A DNA stretch of 64,000 bases from Klebsormidium nitens (lineage: Eukaryota > Plantae > Klebsormidiophyceae). Location: positions 1 to 64,000 of the forward strand of contig DF237392.1 of the NCBI GenBank assembly GCA_000708835.1, in the 5' to 3' direction. The position numbers and the translations under genes were made by a program. Position 1 is the stretch's first letter; each line of letters opens with the position of its first letter. Below the pieces are notes generated by a model. The model was not told the DNA's origin and made no database searches. It saw nothing but the letters and a program-made list of their open reading frames with translations. Shown here piece after piece: positions 25,791 through 39,000 of this stretch.

Positions 25791-27079
25791 GCAAGTTGAA
25801 CCCGGCGCCGCACCTTCAGAAGGGTGGTAAATAATTTTGTCGACCAGATTTCGTTTTGCTTTCCAGACTTCGACCCTGGTTCATGTAGAAGGCCCGGTGA
25901 TTCTATAACGATCTCGAAATTGGGTGACTGAAACCGTTTTCATCGAATTGAGGACTAACACTAAGACAAATGGTCGCCAACGACATACAAGTTCACGTGG
26001 GGTTGCACGCGGACGATCCCCTGATTACATTCCGACCATTCGTTGTTGATTTATATGACTGAATCAGCGCACAAGGCTGATCTTACGAACAAGAAAGTGA
26101 CCGCATGGTCGATCGACCATTTCATGCAGCTCCAGAATGCCTTGAAGACGGGAGGTTTCCGCATATTTGTGTATAGCGGCGATGTGATTTCATTGAAGAT
26201 GCACCGAATCAGATGGGAGTTACAAAGCTACGTAAAGGTACGACATTGATCCCGAGCATAGAGTCCGTGTAATGATTGGTAGTATCATGTTGATGCTGAT
26301 CAGCTCCGCGATGCACAACCCCAAAACACCCAGGTTTTGACTCATGGCTGTTCTTCAGACAGCTAAACTTAGGACCAAGACCTCAATTTTTCTACACACA
26401 ACCGCTTCAGACGTGGATACCGCCCGGAATCAAGCTTATCTAACGTGAAAACTTGCTTAGTCAGCGGGTGTCAGCTCGTGTTCGATCATAACTCGCACCA
26501 ATGATAGACTGATGAAGGCAACTCCGTCCGCTGACCGGACAACCTCGGCTCTGTCCAAGCGAAGTCGGCAAATGACTTAACATTAAGTACAGAGCAGTTG
26601 GAGCTTGGAACTCTTCCAGTCGCTTCATGTCCCTCAAAGTCGAGCTTCATTCTTGCCGTCTCTGTTCTTCTGACGTCAACCCCGGTCTGTGATCAATGCC
26701 AATACCCTTTGCAAGCATTACAAGACACCGCCCGACCATTCTGGTAACTCTCATATCACTTTAGAGGCGATTATCTCAAACTTTACACGCTCCGCACCCG
26801 AACCCACCTAACCACCATGCTGAACCCCCCATCTCCCCAACGCCTGTAGTAAGTCAAATGCCTCTTAAGTGAAACGGGACTTACTAGACTGCCACACTCA
26901 CTTTCATGTCGCGACACGTAATAGAAATAAAACCTAATTAGAAGGTCAAACCAGACACTGAATCCTAACCTATAAAAACATCTTGCTCCGCACCCGTACC
27001 CACGCCGCACCCCCAAAGTAACCCTACCCGCCCAAGGCTGGTGAGCTGAAGCTTCAAATAGTTGAAGTGTTATTGCTTC

Positions 27080-30000
27080 TCACTGCCGCCGGTCCACCAC
27101 AATCTCAATCTCCTGCCCCCTCGTCCCCGCGGGCGCCCCCCGCCCGCCCACCAACACGGTTGGCGCGGACGCCTTCCGCGAGAGCGTTCTCTGCATCGAT
27201 CTAGTTGGCAACACGCTGGCTGCGGACATCTTCCTCATGAGGCCGCCCCCTGCGGACGCATTTCTGGGCGACGACGCTGCGGACTGCACCGCTTCGACCA
27301 GCGACATGGGCGGCGGATTTGCTCTGGGGGGGTCCAGGGGCAGATTTGGCCCAAGGGCCCCGGTCGAAGTGGACCCCGGCGCGCGCGGGCGCCTGAGGAG
27401 CTTCCGGAGCGCGCTGCTCTTCTGAAGCGCCTTGGAGCCCGTCACGCGCGCGTCCTGCGGGGTTTGGAGGGTTTTGGATTGAGAGCTGTTCCGTCGGCAT
27501 GCAATTTTGAGACAGTCAAAGCGCTGGCCGCATCTACACGCGTGGGCAATTTCCGGCTGCGTTGCTGGTAGCGCTGTGCTGCGTCGTGCTTACGTCTTCG
27601 AGTTTTGTGGTGATCGATTCATGTATGAAAGTTCAAGGTTTTGCTGCAGCTTGCCCATCGATGAAACGTTCGAGAGGCTGGATGCGTTTCTTTCCGTTCC
27701 TGTAGCTTTGGATCTTGCCCTGGTCCGATGAGCAATCTCCAAAAAGATTCTTGGTCGCACGAAGCAACAGTGCGAAGTTTCAGAGCTGCGTCTACTACTT
27801 CGGCCTCACGGATAACTGTAGCGCTGATTCTGCAGAAGCCTTTCTTTACGAGTTCCCAGAAGGGCTATGTTTCACAACAACCATGCTCGACTTGCGAACA
27901 CAGAGCAAAGCGGAGCGTACGAGAGCGACCAGGTCAAAGCAACCGCGGGCTTACACTGCAGCGTACGCGCCATCCCCAGCAAGGGCGCGGTAGGCGCTGC
28001 CCGACACGGCCTTTCAAGAATGACAGGTCTTCCAAAAACTTGTGCGATGCGAAAACATCCATGTGCCGAATGCAAATAACAAAGTTCAGTGCAAAGCGAA
28101 GCCCTCGAAGGCAACCGGGGGCTCACCGTCTTGCGCGCAAATGCCAGCGAGGGGCTGGGTAGGCAATCCCCGAACCCCCTTTTCAAGAAAAACAATCTTC
28201 CAGTATATTCATGTCTCTTTGTCCAAGGTGCGGACGAGAAAAGTCAGTGCAAGCGGAGGGCGCAAATGCGACCGGGTCAAAGCAAACCGGGGGCTTACCA
28301 GCGTGCGCGCAAATGCAAGCGAGGGGCTCGGTAGGCACTCCCCGACCCGGTTGACCCACTCCGCGGGCGCGTCCAGCGCGCGCACCCACCCGGGGTGCGG
28401 TTCCCCTGTCTCCTTGCACTGCGCGACGATGACGTCATAGCGCGTGAAGAGGCGCTGGATGGCGACCTTGACGAGGTCGGCGAGGAGCCACCACGCGATG
28501 ACGTACGCCCACGTGATCAGGATGGGCACCCAGCCTGCGGCCACATGGAGCACGCGGTGTGAGCGTATGTTGAAAGGAATCCATGATCACAGTGGAAAGA
28601 TTCAATATCGTTCGGAGGAAAGAACATGGTCACGCAGCCCTGTTGCGCACAGTTCAACGAAGCACAGTTTTTGACACACCACACCTTTGATTGAAATCGA
28701 AGCCTAGCAGGCAGTCTGGGCGTACGTGTTCGCTTCGAAACGGCGGTACTGAGCACGGCCCTTTTGCAGACTCCGTCCGAGAAGAAAAGAAGCGTGCTTC
28801 GTTCAAGGCGTTACAAGAAAGGCAATGCGTTATGTTTCAAACGTGCTTCTCGCTTCGAGCAACAGAGTAAAAAGGGATGGACCTGTGTCGAAAACGAAGG
28901 GCTTCGCACGATATCGAATCTCGAGAAGCAAGATAGCATTTGATATGTCCGAAGAGAACTGGACATCACAGGAAGCATCAAAAGCATCCTAGCGTGCGTC
29001 TTCAAATCAGGAAGAAAACGCTCTAAGCAGCGCACAGGAGCAAAGAACGAGAGTGATCCCTCACCTGCGCCCTCCATGTTCCCGACGCCCCCGTCAGGTG
29101 ACACGTCAGACGGCCAGTACACCGCAATGAATGTGGCCGCGAGCAGGAACGCGCACATGGGCAGCAACAGGATGATGGACGGGCGCGGCGCGGACTTCTG
29201 GCCGAAGCGCCAGAAGAACGTGGGGTTGCGGGTCAGCAGAATGTTGAGCTGGATCAGGGCGACCAGCGCCAGGAACATGACGGCAACGACCTGCGGGAAA
29301 TGAGGGGGAGCGTTACGTCAGGTGCGCGTTGCTGTCGCCCTTAGCCGGCCAAGAGAGGGTTTCGTTTGAAGCAAGGGGAGGTTGATAAGCCAGATCGAAC
29401 GTATTCGTTTGGAACGACCCAGAAAATGGGTGATGGGGTACGTTCCGCCGAAGCGTGACGTCGCGCGTGATCGCCGTTGGCAAGCCAGCGAGCAGTCAAT
29501 CGAAGTCTACCGATTTCCGTTGCTTTCGGTTTTCTGGTCGATTGCAAAGCTGCGCAGGGTTCAGGTAGCTGGAGACTACATCAAGCCTTGCCCGCTCCTG
29601 GAACTTGACACACCGAGGTTTACAATTTCAATAGCCGTCACTTGTGCTTTGCTCTGCACGACTTGCAGACGAAGCACCATCTTCACAAAAACGCTAGATT
29701 GAGCGACAGGGCGGCTTTAACCCGCCCAGGCTAGCATTCATGGTTTATTGCAACTACATTTTTCAGTCGCAGAGGCTAGAGAAGACGGAGCTAGGGAGGG
29801 ACAAGCTGGGGAAGAAGCCACTGCGTTCCCTAAGGGCGAATGTCGGAAAGCCTTTCGTGCTTCCCATTTTTCCCTTCTTAATCTTCCGAAATCCTTTTTT
29901 AATTGCGGAATTTGCGATTTCGAGTTTCCTAAGGGCAATTGTCGGAAACGCCTTTCATTCTTTTCCATTTACCCCCTTTTCTTCCTTCTCAATTCCCAGT

Positions 30001-33000
30001 TTCACACGTAAGAAAAACGAGACTGCAAATGTCGAGAAAAGCTTTTCAATCTTTTACATTTCCCCCTTCATTTTCTATCTAGACCCCTTTTCCGATTCGT
30101 TCTCACCTGCCCAGGGGTGATCCGCGGGTCTCCCGTCCTCTCCAGCTGATAGCCCGACGGCCACCAGTTGAGTTCGTCGAGGGACGCGAAGTAGAGGAGC
30201 AGAACGGAACCCAGTATTCCGACGGAAGCAATGCCGAGGGCAACCAGCAAGTCCTTGATCATGTTCCACACCATCGGCCTGTCGGAGCTGTGCACCTGGG
30301 TCAAGGCAAAAAACAGTTTGGGTTAAGGCAGGAAGCACTGCGGGTTAACGAAGAGAACAGTGTGGGTTAAGGCGTAAACCGTGCGGGTCAAGGGAGTGGA
30401 GCAAGAAAGGTGAGTTTTGACCCTTGAATAATGGGGTGTGAGAAAAACCACGACAGCGGACTCTTAGAAGATTCCTTCGCAACTTTCTGCATTTGAAATC
30501 ATCGGAGGTGCGCAACTGGATTATGCCAAAACAAGAGCTGGAAGGGGGAGGAAGGCTGTGCATCTTGGCATAGCAATGAATGGCAGAGCAGAATGAGGTT
30601 CAATTACGGCCCGCTAATGCTGATGCCAGTCAGTGCTATGCACGAACTCAGTTACAAAACGCCTGGAGTTAACTGCTAATTTGTGCTACTGAAAATGTTT
30701 TGCCCCGTGGCAGGTTGTAGAGGAAATGGGCCACTTTGAACAGTCCCCCCGGATGCAGTCTTGAGTCACCGACACTCACTATTCCTGTTCGAATAATTGG
30801 AAATAAAAACTCCTCACAAGCTTGGCGTGCGTACTCTTATGCGGCACGCGCAACCACAAGAGATGAACAAGCATCCGAGGGAGTCGTCAGATTCGTAATG
30901 ACATCATGCAACCGTCAGAAGGACCAATCTGGTTTAGCAGCGGCTGACGTACCATGTCGAAGGACGTGGCCATGACGGAGAGGTCGTTGAAGAGGCTGAT
31001 GAGGACCAGCGCCCACGTGGGCATCTCAAACGTCAGCACAATGATGGCGAAGAAGAAGAAGCCCAGGATCAGGATGCTGCTCGCCATGCGGTAGATGATG
31101 TACGTCTCGAGCCGGCGGAAGATCATGCGGCTCCGCCGGATCGCGGTAATGATGGTGGAAATACCCTCCTGCAATTGAGGAGGTGCGTTTGTGTCAGACA
31201 TTTCACTTGGCCTTGGTCCAAACATCAGTAATACTTAGGTGCAGTTTTCTTCTCAAAGCTCCGGGGGTTGTTTGAGACTAACAATCGATTTGAACTTGTC
31301 TAAACGGATGATCACTTGGGTTAAAAGAATCCAACGCTCCGACTCGAAGGGAAGCCTGCTTGCGGTGTTGACGGTGGAAATGGCCTCCTGTGCTCAGCAC
31401 ATGCGTTTGTGTCAAACGGACTACTTGTTCGCATTTTGACATCAACAGACTCAGGTGCTACTTTCCTCTCAACGCTTTCCGGGTCGCGAAAAGAAGCCTG
31501 ATTATGTGATGGCGCTAGAGGTACCCTCCTGCGACTAAGAACTGCGTTCCCGTCAGTTGGCTCGTTTACCTTTTGCGTCAACGATATGGTACTGAAACTC
31601 TTATAACAATAGACTCCTCGACAAGTCTGTCATCTCCGCACCCTTTTCTTCAGACAAGCGCTGAAGAACAATCCGTGCCAAACAATCTTCTCAGCCGCTT
31701 TCATAACATTAGGACAGCGCGCGCAAGTGCGCGTGTATGTCGATTGATCGATGCAGCAACACAACCCTGCAGCCTCTAATAGACACCGAACTTTTTGAAA
31801 CCGCAGCATAAGGAACTAAAACAAATCACCCATGCAGATAGCCTTCCATGAACGAACTCTTCCGCCCATTGAGTGTTCCACCTCTTGCACCTCTGTCCAG
31901 TCCTTCTCAAAGCAGAGTCGCTCGACCATGCCAGATTAAAGCAGTTTGAACACGTCACCTCCGTCAGGATGATGTCAGCCGCTCCCTTGGCCGCGGCAGT
32001 GGCACCCGCAACGGCGATCCCGACGTTAGCCTTCTTGAGCGCCGGGGCGTCGTTCACGCCATCCCCGGTCATGCCCACCAAGCGGCCCTTGCGCTGGAGC
32101 GACTCCACGATGCGGTGCTTGTGCTCGGGGTAAACACCGGCAAAACCGTCGACGTCATCCACCTGTATTCAGGTTTTAGGGTCAAAGTTTAGGGGTTTGG
32201 GGTTTCGTTTTCAGATTTTGAAGTTGAGATTATTGCCTGCCAGACGACCCTTGCGCTGAAGACGATGCGGTGCTTGTGCTCGGGGTAAACGCCCGCAAAA
32301 CCTTCGACGTCATCAACCTGAGAACAGATCCTTGGGTTCGGGTTTGGGTTTGGGTATGGGTTTGGGTTTGGGTCTGGGTTCGAGGTTTTGATCCTAAAAT
32401 TACTGCCCACCAGGCAGCCCTTGCACCGAAGTGCCTCTATAATGCGGTGCTTCAAGTTTTGCTCCGGGTAAACACCCGCGATATCTCGACGTTGTCAACC
32501 TGGGTTGGAGAAGTGGGTTAGGATGTGAGGCCCGTGGAGTCTGCGGTTAGATAAGCTGGTGAAGGAATCTGTCGCGCTTGAGCTTCGCAGGCCATGCACA
32601 CTAAGACGGAACGTTGGTCACAGCTCCCCCACACAACGGTCCTTGTGAGGTACCCCAGACCATCAACAGTATGTACCCAAGGGTTTCAAGGAACAAGCAT
32701 CCTTGTTTCAAGTTTTCGGGATCAAATCCTTCAGATCAGGAGGCTTCTGGGTTGGGCTTCCAGCTTGGTCAACGCAGCCGCGCTTCTTTCGCAAGCGTGC
32801 CCCTTTGAACCAGGCGTCGCGAGATTGAGATCGGCTTCTTAGACTCTGTAGACTGATCATACAGCGGGTGTGTCGAACGGAACCCGGAAAGCTGACTGCG
32901 CCTCTTACCCGCTCAACAAGGCTCCGCCCGATCTCATTCTCGCCCATGAGCTCCTTTCCTTCCATGATATTGATGCCCAGGCCAAGCCGGCGGCTGGTTT

Positions 33001-36000
33001 CGATGGCGATTGCGAGCTGATCCCCAGTCACCATTTTCACCTGGAGAAGAAGATAATGAACTGGCTTAGACATGTAAGCAATGACATCATAGCGACGTCA
33101 CCAGCAGAACCGCCATAATGTTTGGGCCCAGGCCAAGCCGGCGGCTGGTCTCAAATGGTAATCGCGAGCTGGTCCCGGGTCACCATTTTCACCTGGGGAA
33201 GAGAACGGTAATTTGATTTGGTTAGAAAGGCAATGACGTCATACTAGGACTGCCAAACGAGACTGGTGTCATGGCACCGCGAGTTGATCTTCGGTCACCA
33301 TTTTCACCTGAGAAAGCGGTTGGGGAAACGGCTGACAGCAATGACATCATGACGACGTCAGGAGCAGGGTCGCCAGGGGGCAGCATGAGAGACCCGACTG
33401 CGCTGTCCAAGATTCGCACGCGGCTTTCGGGTTGGTTCCACTTCCCTAAACAGATGCTCCGTCGTGTTGATTATTCAAGGAAGTCTGATCGCACAGACGT
33501 CCACGTCTGCATGATGCCGACTCCCTGCGTTCTCAACTGACATGGTAAGGGAGTCTGTATCCTCGCAGTTTAGAATTGCGGATTAAGACCCACTGCCTAT
33601 GAAGGATCAACAACACAGGAGAATGTGCTCTAGCCTTATACCCTGTCATCAGGAAATGGAGAAACATGCGGATCCTCTGGCCGCTTTGAAGAAGGTCCAA
33701 ACCAACGAACGGCCTGAACAGCGACATTTTCAAACGTTTCATAGTCAGAGGAGGCTCTGAATCAGGCCAGTGCATTCACGCCACATCTTCATGTCGTTTT
33801 CGTGCCTCTCATACTGATCAGAAAAACTCAAATTCGAGGCATGTGACATACGGAAACCATCGCAAAAAAACGCAACTTTGGCGGAGTCGAAATCGCGTCC
33901 GTCTGACACAGTCAGCGAGGTTTGCAGACTCATTCCTTCTGACAAATCAGGAGTCATGATCTGGACATCTCCTCTCTGGCCAGCTGTGATTACGACCACG
34001 TTGTCTTGAAATCCGCTCCAAACGTCTAGGATAGGGCAGCGTCCGTGATGACGTTTGTGGGACTACATTCGACTTGCCGGCAGAAATTGAGCAGAAAACG
34101 CAAAGCGGCTCTAAAGAATATGCTTCGTTTGAAAGATCCGGCAGATCGCACAGCAAGCGCGATCGCAGTAGTCACTACATCTTTTCCCCCTTACCTCGAC
34201 CCCCATCTCCTGCGCTGTCTTGATGGTCGCCGCAGAGTCCGTCCTAGGGGGGTCCAGCAGACTGATAAGCCCAGTCAGCGTCCACCCCCCCGTGCCGTCG
34301 GCGGATTTCGCCACCCCCAGGGACCGGAGTCCGCGGCTCCCCCGCTCGGCGATGTAATTGTCGCACGCCTCGCGCGCCGCGGGGTCGCTCAAAAGGTCGC
34401 GGATGATCTGCGATGACGTCATGAAAGGGCGTGAGATACTTCAAACGTTTCCTAGGTATTGTCCCTCGGCCGCACTTGCGCTACTGCTTGCTGAGCACCG
34501 TGGTTGAATCGGTGCGACAAGCAGGAAATTGTCAATCAAGACTTACACACTGATACAATCACAAATATGTCAAATGTTCCCTAATTCTTGCCCATCGGCC
34601 GGTCTTGTGCTACCGCTTGCTCAGCACGCTTGTCGAGTCGTTGCAAGAACACAACACTCTGGAAAGGCATTGTCAAAGAACTCAGTAACGGAATTCTCCG
34701 ACCGTGCCTTCCCGCTCGCGCGCCTCACAGTCAGCTTAAAAAGCAGTCTCAACGAACACGCGATTCTTGTCAGGTTAACTCATTGATTTAGTCAAGGAGA
34801 AGGTTAGTGACTAACCTGTGGGGCGCCTTTGGTGGTCACCATCTTGGTTCCGTCCGGAAGGGTGACGTGGGCGACCGTCTTCTTGTCGACCGGATTGAAC
34901 GGAACGAACTTCGTCACTTTGTAGCTGGAGACGATCTACGCCTAACCAAGGAAGCGCGATGAGTGCACTGCCTTTCTATCACGGCAATCCTGTTTATTTT
35001 TCAAAAGTCAGTGGGTTTCGGGCGAGAGAGAGGATTTGCAGCCATGCCCAATGGTCATGTTGTGACGGCGATACAGAAACCACGCTGAAGAAGAATCCTT
35101 TGCTGACATCACTTCCGACCAGAAAGTGCTCCGGAAACCCCCGAAGTGCTTCTGGTAGGAACATTGAATACACCGTACACTCATTTTCAGTTCGAGGACT
35201 AAAGAATCTATGAACGCCTTAGGAATCAACGCAATTCTGGATGACTGTGGCAGTCACGTGACGGTCGAACCCAGGAACATACGCTCTAGACTTGACAAGC
35301 TCCCACCCGAACCTTAAGCAGAAACTCAGAAGTGCCTAATCCGCACCTGTACCTACCCTGCACGCGAGAAGGTTAGCTTATTGCTCCTGCCGCTTAACAT
35401 CCTTGAATTCGACACTCAAGTAGCTGCGAACGCCTTAAGACTCCACGAAATCCTGGATGAAAGAAAGTCCCACCTGTTTGTCTCCACCCATCGCTTCAGT
35501 CACAGCCTTGTCAATGGCGTCGTTGTGGTCCCACTTCGCCGACAGGGATGCCGTCAGCAGGACGTCATCTTTGGAGCTGTCCCCCCACGCCAGGATGTCC
35601 TCCTTGTCGAGCGTCAGCCGGTTTAGAGTCAATGTTCCGGTCTTGTCGCTGGCCAGAACCTCCATGCCGGAAAGTTCTTCCAGAGCGGAAAGCCTGCAAC
35701 GAGCGGAATTGGGGCGCGATCAGTGTCGACGTTCCGGTCCTGTCGCTGGTCAGCTTTTTCATGCCGGAAAGCTCCTTCAGAGCGGAAAGCCTGCCGCGAG
35801 CGGAATGGGAGTGGTGCCGCCACTTCGCAAGGGGTTTCCATAAAAAATCAGAGGCACGCAGTGGATGAATCAGTGGACTGGGTCAGTAGTAGATAACCGG
35901 CCAGATGCTTAGTTGCAATCAGCAGGTGTCGGCTTGGCATGGGAACGAGCAGAAACAGAGGACAATTAGGAGGAAGGATAAAATGTTGAAGACCCTCGAG

Positions 36001-39000
36001 CCTGAAGGAATCCAAAACTCCAATGCTGTGGAAAAATTCCGTGATTTCTACCTCTTGAAATACGATACAAGTCTGACAGGCAGAAAAGAAAGCTAGAAAC
36101 CCTAGCCCTTTAGTTGCTCACCTGGTGACGATGGCGTGCTCTCCCGCCATCTCTAACCCCACGACCACCATTAACCCCCTAAAGGAGCGGTATAATCCCA
36201 ATACTTACTTTAAAACATCCGACACGCTGATCTCTTTAGGGGTCTTGTAACCCAAATCCGAAAACTCAAAACCCAAACCCAACAACCAAATCCCAAAACC
36301 CTGAGGTTAAGTTGCTCACCTGGTGACGATAGCGCGTTCTCCCGCCATCTCGCGCGCGCCGACTGCGAGCACTGTTGTGGTGACAACTGGCATGCCGATC
36401 GGGACCACCGAGACGAAGATGACGAAAGCGGTGACGACAGCATAGCCGGGGGACGCGTCCTGGGCGACCATGAGGACGACAGCAATTGCGACGACCGCGA
36501 AAAAGGAGACCACTGCCAGGGCGATGGAGACCTGGTTCAGGACCTGCGAAGAAGACAAAGTATTCACTTGTGTCCCTAATTGATAGCTTACACTTTATAT
36601 GCTCGGCGTCGGATTGCCCCATAATAGAGGAGATCGTACACCGAGAGAGATGCAGTTTACTTTTGGTTTATGTCTCCGTTCGACCGCATACTCTTTACGT
36701 AGTTGCTCGGCGCTGGAATACCCCCCAGGAGAAAAGATTCTACACACAGAAAGACTTAACTTATTGCTTTACGCTGGAGTGCCCAAAAGGAGAGAAGAAT
36801 AACGCCAAGAGATAGGACCCACGGGACTGCATCACTTGAGAATATTGGGCGCTGGAAGAACACTCGAGAAGCAAGCGACTTTAAAAGGCGGAATTCCTGC
36901 AGTGCCAAACTACTTACTGTTTGCAGATGTCCCCTTTCCTCCGGCGCTCCCAAGAGGGCGATCGTCTTTCCGAAGAACGAGTCGGCGCCCGTAGCGGTGA
37001 CTCGAGCGTCCAGCTCGCCTTGCGTCACAGTCGCACCCGCCAAAATCTGCGAGGTCAACAAACTTTTCTTTTCCAGATCCTATTTTGATAAACTCTAACT
37101 TCTTGATGAGGTTTCTGAGCAACTTTACGGCTTGAACGTGTTGTCCTAGCTGAACAACAATCGTTCTGAAACATTTTCGATACTAAACACGAGCTGTTTC
37201 ATATGAAGGAAGGAGAATCAAGAGAACTTGTACCAGGCTTCACGAGGCTGAGAACAAACCGAGATTCATTGGGAGCACAGCGAGAAAGTTAATTGCTCAA
37301 ACGACTCGAGCAGGGAGTGCTTGGACCCCAGTTACTCGGCTGAGAACGTCCAGTGAATATGGCCAGTTTACAAGGTCCAAAATCGAAGTGGAAGGCCTGA
37401 GAAGTGCCACCGAGCAATGGTGATCCCGGTCCTGGTCGCTAACTGAGATTCTCGCTTGTTTTCGTTTCATCAGAGCTTGCACGTTGTGAAGTCGGTTCAA
37501 CTAGCTGCAGCTTTCGACCTTTCCATTCGGCAGGAGCCCAAGAGCCTAGGGAAAGAGCTTGTGCAAAGATCAGAGACGCTAGCCGTGTCAATGCGAGGGC
37601 CCTTGAGAAGAGAATTTGCACACGTCTGCACGAGGTCACAGTCACTGCAGGGACCTCACGACTCATACGCCTAGTCCGCAGGCCGTACTGATGTCCCAGA
37701 TTGTGCTATGAGGAAGCACAAATCCTCGTTCGAGCCTCTCTGGGCCGTTGCATCGTCAAACCTGGTTGTTTTCAATGCTAAGTGATGGGTTCAGCATTGC
37801 AGACGCAAAGGCATCGCGTATGTGAGGCATAATTGCACATCTTGAGCGACTGGTCTGGTCTGGCAAGACTTCGGTCAGGATTGAAGCGCCTCTTTCCCAT
37901 GGAAGAGCCGAGACGAAGTCGAGCAGATGTGCGGGTGACGCTCACCTGATGTCCAGGTTTTCGTGAGGCTGGGAGGGACTCCCCAGTGAGACTGGACTCG
38001 TCGACCAGCAACGGCTCTCCTTCGCCCACCAACTGCAGTCCACGGAAGTGCGGGATTGGAAGGAAAATGCAGAAAACGAACAGGGTATGTTGGTTAGATT
38101 GTCTGCGATTATTGCGGTTAATTACTGTCTTGACAGTCTTGAAAGCTTCGTGACAGGCAATGTGGCGATTGTTTGGAAACGAAGGAATGTTGTAAGAAGC
38201 CGAAAAGCGATTGTCATCGAAAATCATTCGATCTATGTTTGGTTCAGAGACGTTATGATCCTCGTTCGCTGGGAATCCTAGAGGTTGATTGATTATTGCA
38301 CGGTTGTTTCTGACCGGTATGTTTTTTCTGTAAGTTGTGAAGGACGGCCCAATGACTACTAGAGTCTATTGTCACGAATTTCTCCAGCTTTCGAATTTAG
38401 AAAATGGTCTCTAATCATGCACGCACCTGTGCATCAGCAGGAATGACATCACCCCCTTTGAGCGCAATGATGTCGCCGGGGAGGAGCTCCCGAGCAGGCA
38501 CCTGCTGCCACTTGCCGTCTCGCTTCGCTTGGGCCATTGGCACAGTGAGGGCCTGCAAATGATTTCCGGGGGGGTGTGAGAGCCATCTTTGAAAGAATTT
38601 ATCGCACAACATTTTAGGGGCGGTGGCAGCCACCTTTTGAGTGAATGAATTCGGAAAACTTTGGGGGCTGCGAGATTCATCTTTGGGGCAGTGAAGTCGT
38701 AACCTTATGGTGGCAATGTGGAGCATCTTGGAGAGCAACAACTCAAGACTTTTTCAGGTGGTGTGTGAGAGCCACCCTTGAGAGAACGATCCAGAAAGAT
38801 TCAAGGAGGGTGAGAGCCACCTTGAGAAAATGGACTCACAACATCTTGGGGAAAATGAGAGTCATCCTTGAGCAAAGCGATTCAGCGTGCTTCATGCACT
38901 ACATGCATCTCTAAAAGCTTGCATACCAAAGGTCGTGAAATCTAGGTTAGCGATGGAGCAGGAAAGGTGTGTTGTGGCCCCAGAAGCAGGCAAAAGGAGG

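Noticed and set aside
38571-38878. Spaced ~20-bp repeats resembling a CRISPR array
   Set aside because: The repeats are degenerate, the spacing is irregular, the spacers resemble each other, the array is inside a spliceosomal intron, and no cas genes are present.
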